A DNA stretch of 64,000 nt from Solirubrobacterales bacterium (lineage in GTDB: Bacteria; Actinomycetota; Thermoleophilia; Solirubrobacterales; Solirubrobacteraceae). Of this stretch, positions 57,457 to 64,000 are shown one piece after another; positions within the stretch are counted from its first letter, which is position 1, and every line of letters begins with the position of its first letter. A model generated the notes under the pieces. It was given only the letters and a program-made list of their open reading frames with translations, made no database searches and was not told where the DNA came from. The stretch lies in NCBI GenBank assembly GCA_027449125.1, contig DAIDME010000034.1, forward strand, positions 28,380-92,379. The letters are read 5' to 3'. The position numbers and the translations under genes were made by a program.

Positions 57457-58680
57457 TCAGACGCGCGTGAAGCGACGCCCCGTGACCGGGGATTCCGCTT
57501 CGCGCTTGGCGGCCTCCGCCTCCAGGGCCGCCATCCGCTCAGGCGTCATCGCGGACTCGTCCTCGTTCTCCGCGAGCCACTGCGCCGCTTCGGCCACGCT
57601 CGCCTGGTCGCGCAGCACCTTCTTGCCGGACGCGTAGTACCGGTCGATCTCGGCGAACAGCTCGTCCACGAGCCTGGCGGTTGGCACCTTCCGGATCAGC
57701 TCACCCTTCGCGTAGATCACGCCCATGTCCTTGGCTCCGGCGATCCCGAAGTCAGCGTGGCGTGCCTCGCCGATCCCGTTGACGCCGCAGCCCAGGACCG
57801 AGACCTCAATCGGCTCGTCGTAGTCCTCGAGCCGGCGCTCAACCTCGCTCACGACCGTGTCCATGTCGAACTGCAGGCGGCCGCAGGTCGGGCAGGCGAT
57901 CAGCACGGGGCCACGACGGCGCAGCTTGAGTGCCTTGAGGATCTCCCACGCGACCTTCACCTCCTCCTCGGCGTGGAAGGTGGACAGGGAGATCCTGATG
58001 GTGTCGCCGATGCCGTCTGCCAGGAGCGTGCCGAGCCCGACCGCCGACTTCAGCGACCCGGACCACTTGGTGCCGGCTTCCGTCACCCCGATGTGCAGCG
58101 GGTACGGTATGCGCGCGGCGAGCATCCGGTTGGACGCGATCGTGTCGGGAACGCTGGTCGACTTGATCGAAACCTTGAAGTTGGTGAACTCGAGCCGCTC
58201 CATCAGCTCCACGAACTCGACCGCCGCGGTCACGAGCGCCTCGACCGGGTTGGTGAACTCGAGCTCTCGCAGATGTTCCGGCAGCGAGCCGGAGTTGACC
58301 CCGATCCGCATCGGGGTGCCCAGCTGGGTTGCCTTCGCCGCCACCTCGGCGACCTTGTCGGGGCCGCCGATGTTCCCGGGGTTGATGCGCACGCAGTGCG
58401 CGCCGGCGTCCAGCGCCTTCAGCGCAAGGGTGTGGTTGTAGTGGATGTCGGCGACGATCGGGATCGGGGACTCGCGCACGATCGTCGCGAGCGCCTGAGC
58501 GTCCTGGTCGCGCGGGACCGCGCAGCGCACGAGGTCGGCGCCCGCCTCGGCCACGCGCTTGATCTGCGCGAGCGTCGCCGCGATGTCGGCGGTTTCCGTC
58601 TTGGTCATCGTCTGCACGGCCACGGGCGCGCCGCCACCGATCGGCACCTTGCCGACGTGGATCTGATTCTTGGAGGGCAT
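57457..58680 (-). CDS. ispG: 4-hydroxy-3-methylbut-2-enyl diphosphate synthase
   Basis: MPSKNQIHVGKVPIGGGAPVAVQTMTKT... and CPTCGR. I placed the start at ATG 58680. There is an acidic C-terminal tail of about 45 aa beyond the usual end. Confidence 0.95.
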   Translation of the reverse strand: MPSKNQIHVGKVPIGGGAPVAVQTMTKTETADIAATLAQIKRVAEAGADLVRCAVPRDQDAQALATIVRESPIPIVADIHYNHTLALKALDAGAHCVRINPGNIGGPDKVAEVAAKATQLGTPMRIGVNSGSLPEHLRELEFTNPVEALVTAAVEFVELMERLEFTNFKVSIKSTSVPDTIASNRMLAARIPYPLHIGVTEAGTKWSGSLKSAVGLGTLLADGIGDTIRISLSTFHAEEEVKVAWEILKALKLRRRGPVLIACPTCGRLQFDMDTVVSEVERRLEDYDEPIEVSVLGCGVNGIGEARHADFGIAGAKDMGVIYAKGELIRKVPTARLVDELFAEIDRYYASGKKVLRDQASVAEAAQWLAENEDESAMTPERMAALEAEAAKREAESPVTGRRFTRV

Positions 58681-58691
58681 CGCCACCCAGT

Positions 58692-60047
58692 CTAGTGACG
58701 TGCGCGCTGGCGGCCGAGCTGTGCGCGCTCGGCGACGTCTTCCCCGACGGGCTCCAGGTCGATCCCGTAGAGCGCGCGAAAAGCGGCGTCCTGGGCTTCG
58801 CGGTCGAAGACGATCTCCACCCCACCATCTGTGACGAAGCCGATGTCGGGCAGCCCCGCGTTCCACAGCGAAGCGCGCACGGCCGTGTAGGCGCCGGTGC
58901 CGAGCAGCGCGATGCCTTCCCCGGCCGCGTCGGCCGGCAGCATCGCGTCGAGGTAGAGGCGCGCCGGCGTCGGTGTCGGGTCGGCGATGTGCGTCCGCTT
59001 CCAGGCCTGCCCATCAGCGATCCGCAGCGGCAGCGCTGGGTAGGCACGATCAGAGGTTGGTGGCAGGAGGTTGCTGCCGACCTCGGCGATCTGCCAGTGC
59101 TGGCCCTCCTTGACCTTGGTGCCGAGGATGCGCGAGAGGACGACCGCGGCGTCCCCGAACACGTAACGGCCCGGCTCCAGCAGCACCCGCAGGTCGTCCT
59201 GGCCCGCGAGCCCGTCGCGGGCGGCAAGCGCGAAATCAGCGATCGTCCAGCCGGCGCGCTCCATCAGGTAGCGGGCCTCGAACCCACCGCCGAGGTCGAG
59301 CGTGCCCACGCGCACGCCCGCGCGGCCGGCCAGCTCGTCGCGCAGCTCGCCCATCCGCCGGGCGAGCTCGCCGAACCGTTCGGGGTTGGTGCAGCGGACC
59401 AGCTGGTGCGCGTGCAGGCCGTGCAGCTCCAGGTGGGACGAGCGCGCCACGCTCTCCAGCAGCTCGTAGGCCTCATCAGCGCCGACCCCGAGCTTGGAGC
59501 GCTCCGAGAAGAAGCTGTCGGGCGGCAGGGGGTTGACTCTGACCATCAGCTTCGGCCTGGCGCCCGTGCGCCGCGCGTGCCATTCGATGTGCTGGACCTC
59601 CTCGAAGCTGTCAACCGCGATCAGCAGCGCCTCGTTCGGCAGGAGCGTCTGCAGGTGATCGGCCTGACGGGACATGCCGCTGACAATCGTGCGGTCGGGG
59701 GCGAAACCGAGGCTGCGGGCGATCCGCCACTCGAGCTCGCTGGCTATTTCAGCTCCCGCGCCGGCATCACGCAACGCGGCGAGCACCGACCCCACGTAGC
59801 AGGCCTTGAGCGCGCAGTTCACCGCCACCGAGAAGTGCTGCGCAAACGCGTCCCGGATGCTGCGGTAGTTGTCGACCGCCCGGCTCGGCACGTAGAGCAG
59901 CAACGACCTCCTGCCGTCCCACAGCTGCTCACCGGAGACGCCGTCGATCGAAAGCTGGCCATCGTCGTAGGCGATGAAGGGAATCAGCCGGTCGATCTGC
60001 TCCACCTCTTCGCGCGTAAAGACCGGCGGCCCCGTCTGCCCCAGCAT
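58692..60047 (-). CDS. PLP-dependent decarboxylase-fold (Orn/DAP/Arg decarboxylase group IV-like) protein, atypical
   Basis: ALKAC (PLP Lys), GLHAH, LDLGGGF, EPGRY and GAY are present. Where DAP/Orn decarboxylases have G-P-x-C-E-S-x-D, this protein reads ADPTPTPA. I placed the start at ATG 60047 (MLGQTGPP...); the listed GTG 60212 is an alternative. Confidence 0.7.
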   Translation of the reverse strand: MLGQTGPPVFTREEVEQIDRLIPFIAYDDGQLSIDGVSGEQLWDGRRSLLLYVPSRAVDNYRSIRDAFAQHFSVAVNCALKACYVGSVLAALRDAGAGAEIASELEWRIARSLGFAPDRTIVSGMSRQADHLQTLLPNEALLIAVDSFEEVQHIEWHARRTGARPKLMVRVNPLPPDSFFSERSKLGVGADEAYELLESVARSSHLELHGLHAHQLVRCTNPERFGELARRMGELRDELAGRAGVRVGTLDLGGGFEARYLMERAGWTIADFALAARDGLAGQDDLRVLLEPGRYVFGDAAVVLSRILGTKVKEGQHWQIAEVGSNLLPPTSDRAYPALPLRIADGQAWKRTHIADPTPTPARLYLDAMLPADAAGEGIALLGTGAYTAVRASLWNAGLPDIGFVTDGGVEIVFDREAQDAAFRALYGIDLEPVGEDVAERAQLGRQRARH

Positions 60048-60336
60048 GGCCGCCAAGCGTGAATCGTCCGTGATCGCCGGTTCCACCTCGCCCGGCTCAG
60101 GCGACGGCTGTCCAATGGGCACTGATTGGGTCAAGGCTGGCTCCGCTCGGCGGTTGTACTGGCTTGTGCGATCGTCAGCGCCGTGAGCGGCGTCTGGGGA
60201 CCGAAAAGGCACGCGCCTCTTCGAGCGTCGCTTACTTGAAACCGTAGAAAGCTCGGTAATTGTCCGGTAAAGATGGCGCGCAACATAATGAAGGTCTCAG
60301 GAACAGCGGCCGCTGCGAGCGACCGTGCCAAGCAGC

Positions 60337-61443
60337 CTACTGCAGGCCGAACCCAGACCCGGTGAGCGACCGGATGTCGTTGCTCAGCCCGATCACCAGG
60401 AGCAGCGCGATCAGCGCGAAGCCGACCAGGCTCGCGCGCTCCATAACCACGAGCGACACCTTGCGCCCGCGGACCTTCTCCGCGATCGCCCAGAAGATGT
60501 GGCCGCCGTCCAAGGGCAGCAGGGGAAACAGGTTGATGATCGCCAGTGAGAGCGAGATCAGCGCGATGACCTGCACCCCATAGGTCCAGCCCGCGGCGAT
60601 CTGCTGGGCGGTGATCGCGTAGGCCCCCACGATGCTGTGCAGCTGCCGGCGCTCGCGTGCCTTGAACAGCTGGGCTATGTCGCTGACCGTGACCTCGGTG
60701 ACGTGCCACAGGCCCGTGACGCTTTTGCCTGCCGAGTAGAGGACCCCGTTGGGCGCGGTCTTGAAGGCGAAGGCGAAGCCGACCAGCATCGCGCCCACAG
60801 ACGAGTTCCAGCGCGGACGGACACGAACTGTCCGCAGAACCCCGCCTCTGCGGATGACCATAGTGACCGGCGTCGTCGCCTGGCAGCCGTTGACGTGCGC
60901 GCCGCCCGCGCAGGTGTGCGTGCGGATCGCGTCACGGATGCGCTGGGCGTCGCCGTGGACGCCGTCCACTGAGACGATCTCGTCGCCGAGCTTGAGCACA
61001 CGCTGCGCGGGGCTGCCGACCGTGATCTCACCGACCACGTTCGAGCTCACCGGGACACCCTGCGCGTTGGTGACGACGTGAACCTGTGTGCCGATGTAGA
61101 AGAGCCACGCGAGCAGGAAGGCGAGCAGCAGGTTGACCGCCGGGCCCGACGCGATCACGACCACGCGCTTCCACACCGGCTGGTTCACGTAGGCGCGCGC
61201 CTCGATCTCCGGTGTCTCGTAAACCTCGCCCGGCGCCATTCCGGTGATCTTCACGTAGCCGCCGAGCGGGATCACGCCGATGCCGTAATCCGTCTCGCCC
61301 ACCCGGCGCTTGAAGAACATCGGGCCGAAGAACAGCGAGAAGCGCTCGACGCGCATCCCCACCGCCTTGGCTGCGAGGAAATGCCCGGCCTCGTGCACCA
61401 CGATCAGCGTCACGAAGCCAAGGAAGGCGAGCACGTAGGCCAT
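60337..61443 (-). CDS. rseP: site-2 (RIP) zinc metalloprotease RseP/Rip1
   Basis: HEAGHFLAAKAVGM (HExxH), an internal PDZ-like region, and the C-terminal motif NLFPLLPLDGGHI. Confidence 0.94.
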   Translation of the reverse strand: MAYVLAFLGFVTLIVVHEAGHFLAAKAVGMRVERFSLFFGPMFFKRRVGETDYGIGVIPLGGYVKITGMAPGEVYETPEIEARAYVNQPVWKRVVVIASGPAVNLLLAFLLAWLFYIGTQVHVVTNAQGVPVSSNVVGEITVGSPAQRVLKLGDEIVSVDGVHGDAQRIRDAIRTHTCAGGAHVNGCQATTPVTMVIRRGGVLRTVRVRPRWNSSVGAMLVGFAFAFKTAPNGVLYSAGKSVTGLWHVTEVTVSDIAQLFKARERRQLHSIVGAYAITAQQIAAGWTYGVQVIALISLSLAIINLFPLLPLDGGHIFWAIAEKVRGRKVSLVVMERASLVGFALIALLLVIGLSNDIRSLTGSGFGLQ

Positions 61444-61471
61444 CAGCGCATCAAGTGTGTCAGGCCAAGCC

Positions 61472-62632
61472 TCAACGCCCGCTCAACTCTGAGGCAACTC
61501 TTCGGGCAACGGCGCGAGCCTCGGTATCGGCCGCGGCCAGCGCGTCGAACGATTCCGCGCTCTGCGGTGCCAACCGCGCCAGCGTCAGCTCGATCACCTC
61601 CGCGATCCCCAGGAACGGCAGCTCACCGTTCAGGAACGCGTGCACCGCGACCTCGTTGGCGGCGTTGAGCGTGCAGGGCGCGGTCCCCCCCGCCAGACCG
61701 GCCTCGCGTGCCAGCCGCAGGCAGGTGAAGGTCTCCAGGTCGGGCGGCTCGAACGTCAGCGCGCCAACGGCGGCGAGGTCCAGCGCCGGCAGCGGCAGCT
61801 CGCCGCGGCCCGGGTGCCGCAGTGCGTACGAGATGGCGACGCGCATGTCGGGGTAGCCCATGTGCGCGAGCGTCGCGCCGTCACAGGACTGGACCATGGC
61901 GTGCACGATCGACTGCGGATGTACGACGACGTCGATACGGTCATACGGCGTGCCGAACAGGTGATGAGCCTCGATGATCTCGAGCCCCTTGTTCATCAGG
62001 GTCGCCGAGTCGATCGTGATCTTGCCGCCCATCGACCAGGTCGGATGGGCGAGCGCCTGCGCCACGCTGACATCGGCCAGCTGGTCTCGGGACCGTCCCC
62101 GGAACGGTCCGCCCGAGGCGGTCAGCAGGAGACGCTCGATCGTGCCCGCCGGCTCGCCGCTGAGCAGCTGGTGTAGCGCCGTGTGCTCGGAATCGACCGG
62201 CAACAGCTTCGCTCCGGTTGCCTGCGCGAGCGCGGTCACCAGCGCGCCGCCGACGACCAGAGACTCCTTGTTGGCGAGCGCGAGATCGATCCCCTCGCCG
62301 AGCGCTGCGACCGTTGCAAGCAACCCCGCGGAGCCGACGATCGCGTTCAGGACGATGTCGCAGTCGGTCGTTTGCACAAGCTCGACGATGCCTTCCGGAC
62401 CGGCCAGCACGCCGCCTGCGCTCCAGGCGCTCGCGGCGGCGCTGGCCGCTCCGGGGTCGGCCAGCGCGACCCGGCGCACCCCCGCCAGCTCGGCCTGCGC
62501 CAGCAGCTGCTCCCAGTCGCGTGCGGCGCTCAGTCCGACCACCTCGAGCTCGCCGGCGCTGCGGGCGACGACGTCCAGTGCCTGCGTCCCGATCGAGCCG
62601 GTGGAGCCGAGGATCACGAGGCGGCGCGGCAT
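61472..62632 (-). CDS. dxr: 1-deoxy-D-xylulose 5-phosphate reductoisomerase
   Basis: LVILGSTGSIGTQALDV, LANKESLV and PVDSEHTA match DXR throughout. Confidence 0.97.
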   Translation of the reverse strand: MPRRLVILGSTGSIGTQALDVVARSAGELEVVGLSAARDWEQLLAQAELAGVRRVALADPGAASAAASAWSAGGVLAGPEGIVELVQTTDCDIVLNAIVGSAGLLATVAALGEGIDLALANKESLVVGGALVTALAQATGAKLLPVDSEHTALHQLLSGEPAGTIERLLLTASGGPFRGRSRDQLADVSVAQALAHPTWSMGGKITIDSATLMNKGLEIIEAHHLFGTPYDRIDVVVHPQSIVHAMVQSCDGATLAHMGYPDMRVAISYALRHPGRGELPLPALDLAAVGALTFEPPDLETFTCLRLAREAGLAGGTAPCTLNAANEVAVHAFLNGELPFLGIAEVIELTLARLAPQSAESFDALAAADTEARAVARRVASELSGR

Positions 62633-62639
62633 CGGTCCG

Positions 62640-63497
62640 TCAGTGCGGCAGTGGGATGTGGATCGCGAAGAAGTAGCCGACGACGACGGTGAAGATCACC
62701 GCGTCGAGGCGGTCGAGCGCGCCGCCGTGGGCGCCGAACAGCACGCCGGCGTCCTTGACGCCGGCGTCACGCTTGATCAGCGACTCGAACAGGTCACCGA
62801 GCGGAGCGATGATCGCCACCGCGATGCCGAGCAGCAGCGCGGTGGCGTGTGGCAGCCATGCCTGCTGGTACAGGCCGGCGACGACGATCGCGACGGTCGC
62901 CGCCAGGGCGCCGATGCCGAGCCCCTCGATCGTCTTCTTCGGCGAGATCGCGGGCGCCAGCAGGTGGCGCCCGAACAGGCGCCCGCCGATGTAGGCGGCG
63001 GTGTCGCCGACGAAGGTGCCGACGGCGATGTCGATCACGATCCCCTTCCCCACTCCGTCCGGTATCTGGCGCAGCAACACCGCCACCGCGAAGGGGAGGC
63101 CGATCCACAGCACCCCGAGCAGCGTGGCGCCGATCGTCGCGGCCGCGCCCTCGCCCTGGCCACGCCACAGCATCGCCAGGAAGACGAGCGGCAGTGAGGC
63201 CAGGGCTGCCCCCATTACGTCATTCACGCTGCCGTAGTGCGCGGCCATGCACATGCCGACGGCGACGGCGAAGCCGACCATGGGCACCGGCCGCCAAGCG
63301 GACAGCATGCGATAGAGCTCGGCCAGACACGCGCAGGCCAGGATCGCCATGAGCAGCGTCCAGCCGATGCCGCCCAGATCAACGAACGCCACCGCGACAA
63401 CCGCCGCCGGAACGGCGACCAGCAGCCGGGCGAGGAAGTCAGAGCCTGCCGGCCTCCCCGGCCGTGACGCGCTCCGCGCTCTCCTGGCGGCCGGCAT
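62640..63497 (-). CDS. cdsA: phosphatidate cytidylyltransferase
   Basis: SLIKRDAGVKDAGVLFGAHGGALDRLDAV is the CdsA signature. I placed the start at ATG 63497, which overlaps the uppS stop by 1 nt. Confidence 0.92.
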   Translation of the reverse strand: MPAARRARSASRPGRPAGSDFLARLLVAVPAAVVAVAFVDLGGIGWTLLMAILACACLAELYRMLSAWRPVPMVGFAVAVGMCMAAHYGSVNDVMGAALASLPLVFLAMLWRGQGEGAAATIGATLLGVLWIGLPFAVAVLLRQIPDGVGKGIVIDIAVGTFVGDTAAYIGGRLFGRHLLAPAISPKKTIEGLGIGALAATVAIVVAGLYQQAWLPHATALLLGIAVAIIAPLGDLFESLIKRDAGVKDAGVLFGAHGGALDRLDAVIFTVVVGYFFAIHIPLPH

Positions 63498-64000
63498 CAG
63501 CGACCGCCGAAGCGCCGCTGGCGCCGGGCGTACTGGGCGAGGCTGTCGGCAAACGCCTCGCGCGTAAAGTCGGGCCACAGCTCGTCACGGAAGACGAACT
63601 CCGCGTACGCGCCCTGCCAGGTGAGGAAGTTGGACACGCGCTGCTCGCCGCTCGTACGGATGATCAGGTCGGGGTCGTGCATCTCTGGCGCATACAGGTG
63701 GCGGCGGAACTCCTGCTCGTCGCCGCCGCTGAAGCTGCGAGCCGCATCGAGGATCTCGGCCCGGCCACCATAGTTGAAGGCGACGTAGAACGTGATCCGC
63801 TCGTTGGCGGCCGTCTCCGCCTCGGCCCACTGCATCTTCTCCACCAGGCGCGCCGAGACCGGCGCGTCTCTTCTGCCGATGAAGCGCAGGCGCACGCCTT
63901 CGGCCTTCAGCTCCGGGGTCTCGGTGTCGATGCGCCTTGCGAACATCCGCATCAGCCCGGCCACCTCGGCGCGCGAGCGGCTCCAGTTCTCGGTGGAGAA
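63497..64000 (-). CDS. uppS: isoprenyl (undecaprenyl) diphosphate synthase, 5' end outside window
   Basis: Own translation continues upstream of the listed ORF: ...FSTENWSRSRAEVAGLMRMF...RLRFIGRR...NYGGRAEI...IRTSGEQRVSNFLTWQGAYAEFVF. Confidence 0.9.
   Translation of the reverse strand, partial: FSTENWSRSRAEVAGLMRMFARRIDTETPELKAEGVRLRFIGRRDAPVSARLVEKMQWAEAETAANERITFYVAFNYGGRAEILDAARSFSGGDEQEFRRHLYAPEMHDPDLIIRTSGEQRVSNFLTWQGAYAEFVFRDELWPDFTREAFADSLAQYARRQRRFGGR

Noticed and set aside
57457-57600. Acidic C-terminal tail of about 45 aa on IspG.
   Set aside because: It is probably a lineage-specific disordered tail. I see nothing that points to a separate function or a gene fusion.

Overview
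This is a very GC-rich bacterial chromosomal segment with actinobacterial gene order. My guess is a deep-branching Actinomycetota lineage such as Thermoleophilia or Rubrobacteria, but that is inference only. I support about 66 protein-coding genes, roughly three quarters of them on the minus strand. I also support one intact IS630-family insertion sequence and several intergenic repeats and palindromes. I saw no rRNA, tRNA or CRISPR. Many long ORFs in the six-frame track are antisense or off-frame artefacts of the GC content, and several real genes start well inside the listed ORF. All CDS coordinates include the stop codon.

Left third: the complete F1Fo ATP synthase operon (atpI-like, B, E, F, H, A, G, D, C) and the conserved rpmE-prfA-prmC-tsaC-glyA...wecA block. 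This block is interrupted by accessory cargo: a GH26-like secreted protein, an MFS-MerR pair, a Ca2+/H+ antiporter, and a DUF559 gene with a repeat-rich spacer.

Middle: etfB-etfA-ETF:quinone oxidoreductase, thiolase-HAD-B12-binding subunit, acyl-CoA dehydrogenase, MeaB, acetyltransferase-MFS, RNase H, two paralogous double-DUF74 proteins plus a YaaA-like gene, and two head-to-head methyltransferases. Next comes a cell-division locus: parA-like -> ftsZ (with an N-terminal extension of about 165 aa) -> LCP. It is divergent from an ArsA/Get3-like ATPase pair and moeA. After that come two unknown proteins, hxlR and the principal sigma factor.

Right third: glpX, a RibD-C-like reductase, IS630, apt, an FtsR-like MerR, an FHA protein, an RsiG-like coiled coil, pgsA, proS, sodA, ispG, an atypical PLP decarboxylase-fold gene, rseP, dxr, cdsA and uppS.

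Top leads:
1. A ParA-coupled FtsZ carrying a ParB-like N-terminal peptide.
2. A tandem pair of double-DUF74 genes.
3. A single-motif RsiG-like protein.
4. A TsaC-methyltransferase fusion.
5. A perfect 50-bp AT-rich palindrome, and separately a spacer with nested palindromes and tandem repeats.
6. Two unknown proteins downstream of sigA/hxlR.

I recognised no phage-defence, toxin-antitoxin or biosynthetic cluster.
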